Positions 48,363 to 57,598 of a stretch of DNA of 64,000 nt are shown piece by piece. Each line of letters opens with the position of its first letter. Position 1 is the first letter of the stretch. The stretch lies in the IMG/VR virus record IMGVR_UViG_3300031565_000002; one strand, written 5' to 3'. The notes under the pieces are model-generated. The model was not told the origin of the DNA. It was given only the letters and a program-made list of their open reading frames with translations, and made no database searches. A program made the position numbers and the translations under genes. This stretch comes from an uncultured virus (IMG/VR IMGVR_UViG_3300031565_000002). Taxonomy: Duplodnaviria; Heunggongvirae; Uroviricota; Caudoviricetes.

Positions 48363-49544
48363 TTATTGCTCATCCGGTTCAATCGGCTCTGGTTGATCAA
48401 GTTGTTGCTGCTGCTCAGTAAAAGCCGTGACAGCTACTTCTGACCCACTACTTTGTCTGATAGCTTCCATATCAGCCTTAATCTTTTGAACAACCATTTC
48501 CCTTATTTCACTAACAACATCAGGTCTCCCACGCATCCCTTCAATAAAAGTCCCAATTCCTTGAGCCTTAAAAAGATTCTCTCCATCCGCATTTTTAAAT
48601 CCAGGGCTTATATAACTCATCCATGCACCTGCTGCAGATATTATTCCTTCTTCTCTTGCTACAGCACAAACATCCGACACCCTATCAAATCCACTCGCAT
48701 AAAAAATAACGAACTCCCCCTTTCCAAATGGTGGTCCAACCCTATTTTTAACAACATCAATATTAGCTCTATGCCCAATAATTGGACTATCATCACCACC
48801 CTGTTTAATTCTTGATCCCTGCTTAATAAAAACTTTAATTCTAACTGAAGCATAAAAAGGGAGTGCCATACCACCAGATGTCGTTTCTGGCGACCCGAAC
48901 ATAACCCCAACCTTCATTCTGATTTGATTAATAAATAATACGCAAGCCCTTGTTCGCCCTACAATAGCAGTCAATTTCCTTAATCCCTTTGACAAAACCC
49001 GTGCCTGCAATGCTACCTGTATTTTACCCATATCATTATCTAACTCTTCTTTCGGCACCATATTAGAAACACTATCAACCACTACAAGGTCAACAACATT
49101 AGTTTCTATCAGCTTAATTATGGCATCTATACAATCTTCAGCCGAAGCATCATCAACATATAACAATTTACTAACGTCTACCCCCAATAAATTAGCAAAA
49201 GTAGTATCAAATGCATTTTCAAGATCAAACCAAGCAACGACCCCTCCGTCTCGCTGTACCTGTGCCGCGGTCATTAATGCTAATGCCGATTTTCCCGATG
49301 CATGAGGGCCAAATAATTCTATTATTCTCCCCCGTGGTAAACCGAATGCCTTCACTGCCCTATCGACAGATAATATTCCAGTCGGAATAACTTCAACATT
49401 CTGGAGTACAGCTTTAGACAAATCCCTTATTTCTACTCCACAGTCTTTCCTGATAGATGCCATAGCAGCATCTAATATATCAGACTTCTGTTGCTGCTCT
49501 TCTTCCTTATCTTTTTCAATAGAATTTTTTGATTTTTTGGCCAT
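48363..49544 (-). CDS. recA: Recombinase RecA
   Basis: GLPRGRIIELFGPHASGKS, VVVDSV, FINQIRMKVGVMFGSPETTSGGMALPFYASVR. Confidence 0.96.
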   Translation of the reverse strand: MAKKSKNSIEKDKEEEQQQKSDILDAAMASIRKDCGVEIRDLSKAVLQNVEVIPTGILSVDRAVKAFGLPRGRIIELFGPHASGKSALALMTAAQVQRDGGVVAWFDLENAFDTTFANLLGVDVSKLLYVDDASAEDCIDAIIKLIETNVVDLVVVDSVSNMVPKEELDNDMGKIQVALQARVLSKGLRKLTAIVGRTRACVLFINQIRMKVGVMFGSPETTSGGMALPFYASVRIKVFIKQGSRIKQGGDDSPIIGHRANIDVVKNRVGPPFGKGEFVIFYASGFDRVSDVCAVAREEGIISAAGAWMSYISPGFKNADGENLFKAQGIGTFIEGMRGRPDVVSEIREMVVQKIKADMEAIRQSSGSEVAVTAFTEQQQQLDQPEPIEPDEQ

Positions 49545-49611
49545 AAATTATCCCTCACTTTGATGTAATTTACTTCCGATGTTTATAATATACCATCACA
49601 AGGAAAAAAGT

Positions 49612-49643
49612 AAAAAAAAAAGCACCAAAAAATGGTGCTTTTT
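49612..49643 (-). terminator. Intrinsic terminator
   Basis: aaaagcacca-aaaa-tggtgctttt hairpin with a long U-run on the minus strand. Confidence 0.7.
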
Positions 49644-49668
49644 CATCTATTGATATAAAGGGGATTTA

Positions 49669-50613
49669 TTATGCGATCAATCTTTTCAACTCTGCAAAAT
49701 CGTGCTTTGATCTTAATGCCTTGAAAACTCTTTTAATTGCCTGGCGAACGCCTTCTTTTGTCATTTTCTCTTCTTCTCCAACTTCATCGAGAGTCATTTC
49801 TTCACCGGTTTCCAATCCATATCTCTTCGTAATTAGTATTACATCCTTTTCTCTTGCTCCGGCAGCAAGAAAAGCATCTCTTATCTTATCATTAAAATCA
49901 ATATTTTCAAAAAAGTAATCAGGTCTTGAATCTTCCCGATCAGCCACAAAATCAGCCGAATCAAGAGTATCAATTAATTCTACATTTACATTGTTATCAT
50001 TAGGTTGTTTACTACTAAGGGAAACAACTGATAAAAATTTACGGGTTGCCTTTTTCTCTTTCTCTCCATTTTTACCTATGACTGTCTCCAACTTAAAAAT
50101 ATTAGGGACAATTTCCCTGGTAATCTTATTTCTAAGACGACGAACAACATTATTCAATAAAAATGTCGTTGGCTTACCCTTATTTACATTATAAAGATGT
50201 TTATAATCATAGGCAATGGAAATAAGTTCAGAAAACATATCTTCTGGATCCTGAAAAAATTCTTTTCCCAATCTTTTTGCCTGAGAATTCAAATACCCTA
50301 AATGCTCCTCAACCCTTAATTCATCTTCTTCTTTTTTATTGGATACATTATCTTTTGCTTTTGACTGCCCATTAATACTTGCTAATTTAACGGGAATGAC
50401 ATTCTTTTTCCCAACTAATTCATATTCCCCCATCTTAATACGAATAAAAGTAGGGTTTTTCTTACAGATATCGCCACGAATTACAGCCTCAACATTAACG
50501 TATTTTACGCCTTTCATGAGTTTCATAATAGCCTGATGAATATGTGCGATAGTCATGCCATTACGCCCAGACCTTAATACGTATATAACCAAGTCTTTGA
50601 CGCTCTTCTTCAC
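49669..50613 (-). CDS. Sigma-70 family factor with extra N-terminal winged-HTH
   Basis: Region 4 KRYGLETGEEMTLDEVGEEEKMTKEGVRQ; region 2-like YNVNKGKPTTF. Confidence 0.8.
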   Translation of the reverse strand: MKKSVKDLVIYVLRSGRNGMTIAHIHQAIMKLMKGVKYVNVEAVIRGDICKKNPTFIRIKMGEYELVGKKNVIPVKLASINGQSKAKDNVSNKKEEDELRVEEHLGYLNSQAKRLGKEFFQDPEDMFSELISIAYDYKHLYNVNKGKPTTFLLNNVVRRLRNKITREIVPNIFKLETVIGKNGEKEKKATRKFLSVVSLSSKQPNDNNVNVELIDTLDSADFVADREDSRPDYFFENIDFNDKIRDAFLAAGAREKDVILITKRYGLETGEEMTLDEVGEEEKMTKEGVRQAIKRVFKALRSKHDFAELKRLIA

Positions 50614-50660
50614 TGGGATTACCTCCTGTTTTAGAGTGTTAGTTTTTGCCTGTTAATATA

Positions 50661-50689
50661 AGTATAATACAAAAAAAGAATTTTGTCAA
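50661..50689 (-). promoter_or_regulatory. sigma70-type promoter
   Basis: TTGACA-17 nt-TATACT. Confidence 0.7.
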
Positions 50690-50744
50690 CACTTTTCTTA
50701 TGTTTGTACAAAATAAATTATAAACCACTATATATTGTGGTTTT

Positions 50745-50996
50745 TTAGTTTATTTCAGGAGTTGCTGTAGGCGCTGTTAAAAGACCGTATTTGCCTCGTT
50801 CAACACGTTGGAAATACTTACCACCAGTCTTAATATCTCTGTTTAAAACACCACGAACATGAGCCTCATGGACATTCTCTCGTTCTGACCGAACATTAGT
50901 ATAAATATCCTTCAATAACATAGGCCCATTTACCTTCAATAACTCAATCATGAGCATTTTCACGCTTTTCTTAATAGGCACTGGATACCTCCTCAA
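50745..50996 (-). CDS. Stand-alone winged-HTH protein (HARE-HTH-like)
   Basis: ELLKVNGPMLLKDIY..VRGVLN..FQRVERGKYGL. Confidence 0.65.
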   Translation of the reverse strand: MRRYPVPIKKSVKMLMIELLKVNGPMLLKDIYTNVRSERENVHEAHVRGVLNRDIKTGGKYFQRVERGKYGLLTAPTATPEIN

Positions 50997-51016
50997 ATAA
51001 AACGATAATAATTTAA

Positions 51017-51044
51017 AATATAATTAATGGTATTTTAATGTCAA
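51017..51044 (-). promoter_or_regulatory. sigma70-type promoter
   Basis: TTGACA-16 nt-TATATT. Confidence 0.6.
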
Positions 51045-51086
51045 CAAATTAATAATAAAGAAATTATTTTTTTATTCATAATTATA

Positions 51087-51458
51087 TTATAAGTACAAAT
51101 CCTCATTTTCAACGTCACAAATAGCATTATGTACTATTTCATCAACTATATTATCCGAATATACCTTTAAATACTTACATTCTATACACTCAAATTCCCA
51201 TTCTTTATTACCATTAACCTGATCCCCTATCAAAATTCCACCATCACCATTGGGGCAAAATCCACCAAATCTGCCAACCCCTCCACCCAAATCTCCAACA
51301 AAATGATATGTCGGTACCCCTTTAAAACCAGACCTTACAAAGATTACACTCCCGTCAGCTAATATATAATACAATGCCTCTATCCCACCAAACTCATTTA
51401 TCTGCTTATAAGAACGCTTAACTAAAAAATTGTCTTTTACATAAACTTGTCTTACCAT
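51087..51458 (-). CDS. Hypothetical protein
   Basis: 123-aa ORF. Confidence 0.55.
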   Translation of the reverse strand: MVRQVYVKDNFLVKRSYKQINEFGGIEALYYILADGSVIFVRSGFKGVPTYHFVGDLGGGVGRFGGFCPNGDGGILIGDQVNGNKEWEFECIECKYLKVYSDNIVDEIVHNAICDVENEDLYL

Positions 51459-51655
51459 TGTATTGTTTTCTTCTCTACACTTGATTTAACATTACTCATC
51501 TTTTTCTTGAATTCACCCAAATCATTTATCTTATTGGTCTGCTTAAAATTTACCACAACATCAACTCTTTTTGAATATTTCATCTGAAATTCACTTTCAG
51601 AAAGATTCTTATTCTCCGGTAAATTCCTTAATCTATAATAATCTAACCTATTCAT
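51452..51655 (-). CDS. Hypothetical protein
   Basis: 67-aa ORF coupled to its neighbours. Confidence 0.5.
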   Translation of the reverse strand: MNRLDYYRLRNLPENKNLSESEFQMKYSKRVDVVVNFKQTNKINDLGEFKKKMSNVKSSVEKKTIQW

Positions 51656-52470
51656 TACTCTATTCCAATAAAAATTGAATTATTAACCTTAATGGGAGTT
51701 ATATCAGCATCGGCCGGATACTCCAATTCTAACGGTAAAAAAGTCAATAAATCCAAAGACTCATAAGCTGCCACTTTCGCATCATATTTATCGTCATCAT
51801 TAAACTTCTTTAATTTATTAACAATACCCTTAGGTAATTCTTTCATATCGGAAGCATATACACTATCCAAATCACCATATGTTTGAATAATCTTGAGTGC
51901 CCCTTTTTCTCCGATCCCTTTTACTCCGCTAATATTATCACTCGAATCACCCATAAGTGCTCTCACAAACTTCCATTGATTGGGCTCTATTCCATATTTT
52001 TCCTTAATATGATAAGCCTCTACCAGTCTTTTTAGCCTTGTATCATAAATAGAAACGGTATCCGATAAAAGCTGGTACATATCATGATCAGTAGATGCTA
52101 TTGTAACTGCATAATTCTTCTTATTACACATATTCACTATTTCTGCAATAATATCGTCAGCTTCATATCCAGATTTAGCATATTGCTGTACTTGTCTCAT
52201 TTCTAACGTATCACAAACATAACTCATCATATCATAAAAACCATCAGGCTTTTCAGGCCTTGTGCCTTTATAGTGGGGACATTTTTCTTTACGCTTATTT
52301 TCCTTTGAATCCCATACTACAAATAAAAACTCGATTTCATCTTCCTGTTGCTTATATGATTCACCTATTAACTCAAAAAATCTTATAGCTACATATTCAG
52401 CATCCCCCTTTGCTGAATAAAAAGAAATATTATAAAAATTATTGCCATCAATAACTAAAGCCCTTTTCAT
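51655..52470 (-). CDS. 5'-3' exonuclease / flap endonuclease (Pol I N-terminal-like)
   Basis: LVIDG, YKGTR, GYEADDIIA, STDHDMYQL, LMGDSSDNISGVKGIGEK. Confidence 0.93.
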   Translation of the reverse strand: MKRALVIDGNNFYNISFYSAKGDAEYVAIRFFELIGESYKQQEDEIEFLFVVWDSKENKRKEKCPHYKGTRPEKPDGFYDMMSYVCDTLEMRQVQQYAKSGYEADDIIAEIVNMCNKKNYAVTIASTDHDMYQLLSDTVSIYDTRLKRLVEAYHIKEKYGIEPNQWKFVRALMGDSSDNISGVKGIGEKGALKIIQTYGDLDSVYASDMKELPKGIVNKLKKFNDDDKYDAKVAAYESLDLLTFLPLELEYPADADITPIKVNNSIFIGIE

Positions 52471-52486
52471 AATTCAGTCCCTCAAT

Positions 52487-52511
52487 AAAAAAAGCCGGTC
52501 TATCAACCGGC
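52487..52511 (-). terminator. Intrinsic terminator
   Basis: GCCGGT/ACCGGC stem followed by U7 on the minus strand. Confidence 0.6.
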
Positions 52512-52760
52512 AGTCTTCTCTAAAATTATATTATAAATAGTATCTGTTGCTTTAAGTTTTGCGTCTTTCAAGGTATCAAAACCAAGCCTAACTTCCTGTA
52601 CAACATTATAAAAACTATCTCTTTGATCTCTATCTGATAAATCCCTATACTTTTTCCTTGCAAACTTCTGTTTTAATTTCCTTGCCTGAAACCTTATATC
52701 ATTATCTTGAGTATGGTCTAAAATGGCATTTAATATTTTTAAAACTTCGTCCGCAAACAT
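52503..52760 (-). CDS. Hypothetical protein
   Basis: 85-aa ORF. Confidence 0.55.
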   Translation of the reverse strand: MFADEVLKILNAILDHTQDNDIRFQARKLKQKFARKKYRDLSDRDQRDSFYNVVQEVRLGFDTLKDAKLKATDTIYNIILEKTAG

Positions 52761-52782
52761 AGGTAATCCTTAAAACGAAAAT

Positions 52783-52810
52783 AAAATAGATGCCAATTAA
52801 GGCATCTATT
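52783..52810 (-). terminator. Intrinsic terminator
   Basis: aatagatgcc-aattaa-ggcatctatt perfect stem plus U-tract. Confidence 0.65.
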
Positions 52811-53351
52811 CCGGAAGCAATATTATATTCCAATAAATATAGTCAGTCCAAGTTTCATGTGGAATCTTAAAACCAATCTTATCAACCACATCAACAGGAG
52901 CAGCCTTATTCAATCGTGGTGCATAAGGCGGCCTCAATAAGCGAACCTTCGCCTTATGTAACAACAGTCCACCCTTCTTGGAATTACAAGAAATACAGGC
53001 AACAACTATGTTGTCCCATTCTGTCTTTCCACCTAAATACTGTGGTATAACATGATCGAAAGTAAAACTGGATATTCCCACTTTCTTACCACAATACATG
53101 CACCTACCATGATCCCGAATATATACGTTCTTCCTATTAAAAGGAAGAGTTTTAGTGTACTCCTTAGGTACATAGTCAGATGTAGAAAGCTCTATCACAG
53201 ATGGCACAAACATAGCCGTACTTGGCGAATGAACCATTACATCATATTCAGCCAATACAAATGCCTCGTCATTAAACAACTGACCTATAGCATCATGCCA
53301 ATGAATAACATTGATCGGTGTCTGTGACTTACTTAACACGAGCGTCTCCAC
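52806..53351 (-). CDS. HNH endonuclease (McrA-like)
   Basis: RDHGRCMYCG, DHVIP..GG..WDNIVVACISCNSKK. Confidence 0.9.
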   Translation of the reverse strand: METLVLSKSQTPINVIHWHDAIGQLFNDEAFVLAEYDVMVHSPSTAMFVPSVIELSTSDYVPKEYTKTLPFNRKNVYIRDHGRCMYCGKKVGISSFTFDHVIPQYLGGKTEWDNIVVACISCNSKKGGLLLHKAKVRLLRPPYAPRLNKAAPVDVVDKIGFKIPHETWTDYIYWNIILLPE

Positions 53352-53494
53352 GTTAACCTCCTACCTTATTACTTTACTATAATATAAAATTCATCGAAAG
53401 AAAGTATGTTCCAATCTGAAACAACTTATTTCATATTTAAACGTTTTAATTGTAACTAACTATCTATATGACATTTATACAGCAATATTACTGT

Positions 53495-53510
53495 TGGCAC
53501 GCCACTTGCA
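53495..53510 (+). promoter_or_regulatory. sigma54 (-24/-12) promoter of hsp20
   Basis: TGGCACG-CCAC-TTGCA is a perfect match to TGGCACG-N4-TTGCW. Confidence 0.8.
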
Positions 53511-53554
53511 TTATATCATCAAAGAACACTAATAATAATCCAAAAGGAGATAAC

Positions 53555-53944
53555 ATGTACATATCCATTCAGTACCCAAATAAAATTTTTGCCGACCTTG
53601 CTGCCATATTTGATAACTTCTCGGCCGTATCAGATAACTATGACTTCAATCAGCCCAATGTTCCTGCAAAAGTAGTAAAAAATGAAAATAATGTAACAAT
53701 TCTAATTAAAGCTCCAGGATTCAAAAAAGATGATATATCAATATCCATACAAAACGGGGCTGTAATTATCAAAGGAAAACGTGACAGCAAAGAAAAATGG
53801 CTTGAAGAAGAATTTGAAAAATCCTTTAAACTTCCGGAGAAAATAAAAGAAAATAAAATATCGGCTAAACTTGAAAATGGTATCCTGACAGTTACCCTAC
53901 CATACGCCGAAGAGTCAAAGCCTATAGCAGTCGAAATTAAGTAA
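53555..53944 (+). CDS. Small heat-shock protein Hsp20
   Basis: APGFKKDDISI, FEKSFKLP, ISAKLENGILTVTLP; AGGAG RBS before ATG 53555. Confidence 0.92.
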   Translation: MYISIQYPNKIFADLAAIFDNFSAVSDNYDFNQPNVPAKVVKNENNVTILIKAPGFKKDDISISIQNGAVIIKGKRDSKEKWLEEEFEKSFKLPEKIKENKISAKLENGILTVTLPYAEESKPIAVEIK

Positions 53945-54584
53945 GACTATTCTTTCTTAATCCATTAACATCTATCTTACGTCGAGCCCAATGTTTATCG
54001 TTGGGCTTTACGTGTTCTGCCCTTACATATTTTGCGCAAGATGTAGTAAAATCATCGTAATGAAATCTCTCCTCGAGTCTCACAACATAACCTTCACAAG
54101 GGTCACCATCAATGTTATCTTTAAAAAAATTATGAACAGTAGAACTATTCCATATACCATCATAAATAACTGGGACTGTTTTCATTCCTAAATAATCGGC
54201 CCACGATTCAGTCGCAGCCCAATCTAAACAAACATTGTCCTCATCCCAAACTGAAAAAAGTAAAAAATAACTTTCCAGATTATGATAGTGGATACTATGC
54301 ACAGCATACATATTCTCACCACATAATCGCCACCCCACAGGTATTTTCCGTTTTATCTGTGCATGGAAATTCTTAACCCAATTTCTCGAAGGGTGATTGT
54401 TACTATCAAGTGATCGAGCGTGAGTATGGTCAGTATACATACTCGTATTTTCACCATCCATCTTAACAGTAACTATAACTCTTTTATTCCAAAAATGATT
54501 GTCACTCCTTAATACCTTATCATCATCCGTAAAACCTTGAGACCAAGGCAAGTGATACATTCTCGGATGCTTAATGTACTCCAT
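53937..54584 (-). CDS. ATP-dependent RNA ligase family protein
   Basis: KHPRMYHLPWS, motif I KMDGEN, GENMYA, EGYVVR, AKYVR. Confidence 0.85.
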   Translation of the reverse strand: MEYIKHPRMYHLPWSQGFTDDDKVLRSDNHFWNKRVIVTVKMDGENTSMYTDHTHARSLDSNNHPSRNWVKNFHAQIKRKIPVGWRLCGENMYAVHSIHYHNLESYFLLFSVWDEDNVCLDWAATESWADYLGMKTVPVIYDGIWNSSTVHNFFKDNIDGDPCEGYVVRLEERFHYDDFTTSCAKYVRAEHVKPNDKHWARRKIDVNGLRKNSLT

Positions 54585-54605
54585 GATAACAACCTTTAAT
54601 TTAAG

Positions 54606-54680
<75 letters not shown>

Positions 54681-54684
54681 ATGT

Positions 54685-54921
54685 TTAGATAATCTGTTTT
54701 AACAACTCATGTAAATCATCTTCATCCCAGAAGCAAAACTGCCATTCATCTTTAAACTCAAGGGAAACACAAAAGCCTTTCCTTATTCTCTCAAATAAAC
54801 TATCGAGAACTCTTGATTTTAGGATATAATTACGTAACGATGCATACACATCCAATGGAATCATTCCCAAAAAATCCCTTATCCTAATATATTTCTTTTC
54901 TGCTTCTAATATTTTTCTCAT
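54685..54921 (-). CDS. Hypothetical protein
   Basis: 78-aa ORF between tRNAs. Confidence 0.5.
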   Translation of the reverse strand: MRKILEAEKKYIRIRDFLGMIPLDVYASLRNYILKSRVLDSLFERIRKGFCVSLEFKDEWQFCFWDEDDLHELLKQII

Positions 54922-54959
54922 AATGTCATTTATTCTCCATGTTCACATAATAACCTTAA

Positions 54960-55031
<72 letters not shown>

Positions 55032-55033
55032 AT

Positions 55034-55558
55034 TTATGCTTTCCTTTTCCTTAATGCTACAACACCACCAAATATACCACCGCCACCAATAAGTGCACCG
55101 ACAATAATCTCTATAACCTTCAGTAAAAATGCCCTATTGTCTACCGTAGATGTCTGTATACTCGCAGTTATACCGGTTAACTTCTCAACATTCATTTCAA
55201 GTTTAATAATTTTTGCTTCAAGTTCAGATTTCTCTTTATAATAATCTTTAACACTTATAAACATATTATTAGAAGATAAGTCAGGAAGTGGTACCAACGG
55301 CTCTCTTGTTGTACCGGTAAGATTCGGCAACGGCCTTAATCTTAACCCTTCTAACTTTGGTGTTACCGTTACCCCTTTTAATTCCTTCTTCTGGAATAAA
55401 GAATCAGGATGAGTAAGTTTCTGTTGTATAAAAAATCCTCTTACTTTCTGCTGCTGAATTCCCTGCATCTTATCTAATTCTTTGTCAACATTACCACCCA
55501 TGCCAAATATAACAAAAACAGACAACGTAGTAAACAGAAACGTTTTATGCATTCCCAC
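55034..55558 (-). CDS. Hypothetical membrane protein
   Basis: N-terminal hydrophobic segment, coiled coil, C-terminal TM; GGAGG RBS. Confidence 0.6.
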   Translation of the reverse strand: MGMHKTFLFTTLSVFVIFGMGGNVDKELDKMQGIQQQKVRGFFIQQKLTHPDSLFQKKELKGVTVTPKLEGLRLRPLPNLTGTTREPLVPLPDLSSNNMFISVKDYYKEKSELEAKIIKLEMNVEKLTGITASIQTSTVDNRAFLLKVIEIIVGALIGGGGIFGGVVALRKRKA

Positions 55559-55576
55559 CTCCGTTTAAAATAAATA

Positions 55577-55652
55577 TGGAGCCTACGGTGGGACTCAAAC
55601 CCACGACCTTCGGATTACAAAGCCGATGCTCTATCAACTGAGCTACGCAGGC
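55577..55652 (-). tRNA. tRNA-Thr(TGT), slightly non-canonical
   Basis: Cloverleaf with CCA; loop TTTGTAA; T-loop TTTGAGT, D-loop GA instead of GG, C.U at 31-39. Confidence 0.8.
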
Positions 55653-55710
55653 TTAAATGGTGACCAGAGGGGGACTTGAACCCCCACGCCTATAAATGGC
55701 AACGGATTTT

Positions 55711-56470
55711 CCTACCACACTTACTTTCATAAGCCAGCAATATTATACTGTTGTAGCCTGGACTATATCATCACCTTCGACTTAACGTTAAGGTGTGGAG
55801 TGCATAGTCTCTGAACCTTCTTCTTGGGATATATCCTTTAGAAACTCGGCTGCTGATTGCCCAATTTCCCATAATTTTATAACTTTCACACTCGCCGTTT
55901 CCAGCCATGTTGTAGTTATGGGAACTATAAGGGTATCCCAGCAATTCTCTCCATTCACAATACTTGATTTCTCAAGTATGGCTCTCTGTTCCCTGATAAA
56001 ATGATGCAATCTAACATGGTTAGTTCTAGAAATAACTACTAAATTAGTTAATTTATTATTCTTTGGATTATCATCTAAATGGTGAACAACTTCATTAGTA
56101 TTTAATTTCCTTTGCAATACTTCTTCGGCTATTCTCCTATGTAACCAACAATATCCTCCACCATGAGCAGGTTCATAAGGATTCAAAAATTTACCAGAAC
56201 TATGAATATTTCTATAACATTCTAAACAATATTTCTGTTCCGGTCTATTTAACCTTATCTTCTTTTTACATAATCCACAAAAACCATACCCATAACGTTT
56301 TTTATTCTTATTTCCTCCTTTCTTATAATATTGTGCCATTCTTCTTTCTAGATAACAACCATGACAGTATCGCCTACCACTTTCACAAGGATTTTTCCTA
56401 CACTTGATGCACATTTTTATCATAATAACAATATAACCAAAACATACATGCAGTATCAAGAAAAACTTGA
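55711..56470 (-). ncRNA. Group I intron in the tRNA-Leu anticodon
   Basis: P AAUUGCUGGGA, Q AAUCAGCAG, R GUUCAGAGACUA, S GAUAUAGUCC; exon ends in U and intron in G; GAGCC guide then P2 hairpin. Confidence 0.92.
55788..56423 (-). CDS. Intron-encoded HNH homing endonuclease
   Basis: LHRRIAE..EVVHHLDDNPKNNKLTNL..H..H; CxxC fingers; C-terminus runs through the intron core. Confidence 0.88.
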   Translation of the reverse strand: MIKMCIKCRKNPCESGRRYCHGCYLERRMAQYYKKGGNKNKKRYGYGFCGLCKKKIRLNRPEQKYCLECYRNIHSSGKFLNPYEPAHGGGYCWLHRRIAEEVLQRKLNTNEVVHHLDDNPKNNKLTNLVVISRTNHVRLHHFIREQRAILEKSSIVNGENCWDTLIVPITTTWLETASVKVIKLWEIGQSAAEFLKDISQEEGSETMHSTP

Positions 56471-56514
56471 AAGTCCGCAGCGTCTACCAATTCCGCCACC
56501 TGGCCATATATAAA

Positions 56515-56588
56515 AGCCCACAACGGGGATCGAACCCATGAACCTCATCCTTACCAAGGATGCGCTCTACCTACTGAGCTATGTGGGC
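56515..56588 (-). tRNA. tRNA-Thr(GGT)
   Basis: Cloverleaf; CATCC-TTGGTAA-GGATG. Confidence 0.92.
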
Positions 56589-57091
56589 GCATTAAACATA
56601 CTGTTATTTCTGTCTATCTTATCTCTCTGCTCTCTTAACAATCTCAAAACATACCCATTCGCATTAACCTGAGGATTTGTCCTTACAAATGTATAATAAT
56701 TCAAACCTAAATAATCATTAGCAAACTCACCAACAGCACCAGATCGACTTATACCTGCATCGCAATGTACCAAAAGAACATCATCTTCATTGCCCCTATT
56801 CGCACAATCTATAAATTTAACTACCTGCTCTGCCTGTATCTTGCTAAACATCCCTTTTGTATCATCTGCCGAAAAACCATAATCACTATCAGTAGAATCG
56901 TAAAAATTTAAAGATAAAAAATCCTTACAGCCTAATTCCTTTACCCTATTCGGTATCCCATTCTTTAAAAACTCCCCTCTACCATTGTCGGCATAAATAG
57001 AAATAAGATACCATGAATTATACGGAATATAATCATGAGCAACCATATTGGCTATTGCCATTCTATTAATAACTTTTATAAAATTTATCAC
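56579..57091 (-). CDS. Protein tyrosine/dual-specificity phosphatase-like protein
   Basis: VHCDAGISRSGA CX5R motif. Confidence 0.85.
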   Translation of the reverse strand: MINFIKVINRMAIANMVAHDYIPYNSWYLISIYADNGRGEFLKNGIPNRVKELGCKDFLSLNFYDSTDSDYGFSADDTKGMFSKIQAEQVVKFIDCANRGNEDDVLLVHCDAGISRSGAVGEFANDYLGLNYYTFVRTNPQVNANGYVLRLLREQRDKIDRNNSMFNAPT

Positions 57092-57105
57092 TAAAATACC
57101 TATAA

Positions 57106-57282
57106 CTACCCTTTATCCTTCTTCATTTTAGCGTTAACTTTGCCACCATTTTTATTAAATATCCCACAGTTACACTTGCTGCCAATCCCTTTACTACCAT
57201 TTAAATAATGAATACAAATGGCTACCTTATCCTGCCCACAATTTTTACAAATATTCTTCGCCCCATTTTGGTTTCCTCCCAT
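57106..57282 (-). CDS. Small Cys-containing protein (58 aa, below ORF-track cutoff)
   Basis: MGGNQNGAKNICKNCG...KCNCG..KDKG* fills the gap between the phosphatase and a tRNA. Confidence 0.4.
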   Translation of the reverse strand: MGGNQNGAKNICKNCGQDKVAICIHYLNGSKGIGSKCNCGIFNKNGGKVNAKMKKDKG

Positions 57283-57294
57283 CGACTAAAATAA

Positions 57295-57381
57295 TGGTAG
57301 CAGAGAAGGGACTTGAACCCTTACGCTCCGAAGAACACTGGATTTTGAGTCCAGCCCGTATACCAATTCCAGCACTCTGCC
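57295..57381 (-). tRNA. tRNA-Leu(CAA)
   Basis: Class II cloverleaf; CTGGA-CTCAAAA-TCCAG; CCA end. Confidence 0.92.
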
Positions 57382-57382
57382 A

Positions 57383-57598
57383 TTATATTTCGATTTCTTC
57401 ACAAAAGAGCAATAAGTCAAATCTTTCTTTAACCACTTTCCTAATAATGCTACAATGGATACTACCAGGACAACTATCACTCAGTCCACTACACCCGATA
57501 AGACGACATACTTTTTTCAACTTTTCAATCATTTCTAATTTTTCTTTTTTATCAATTTCTACATGTTGAACCATTTTTCCTGACTCTCCGCTCTCCAC
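57383..57598 (-). CDS. Hypothetical protein
   Basis: Small Cys-containing ORF; start uncertain. Confidence 0.45.
   Translation of the reverse strand: MESGESGKMVQHVEIDKKEKLEMIEKLKKVCRLIGCSGLSDSCPGSIHCSIIRKVVKERFDLLLFCEEIEI

Larger units (their letters stand above)
55658..56505 (-). tRNA. tRNA-Leu(TAA), split by a group I intron (exons 56505-56471 and 55710-55658)
   Basis: Exon 1 GGCCAGG...GCGGACTT joined to exon 2 AAAATCCGT...CTGGTCACCA gives a complete class II tRNA. Confidence 0.92.
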
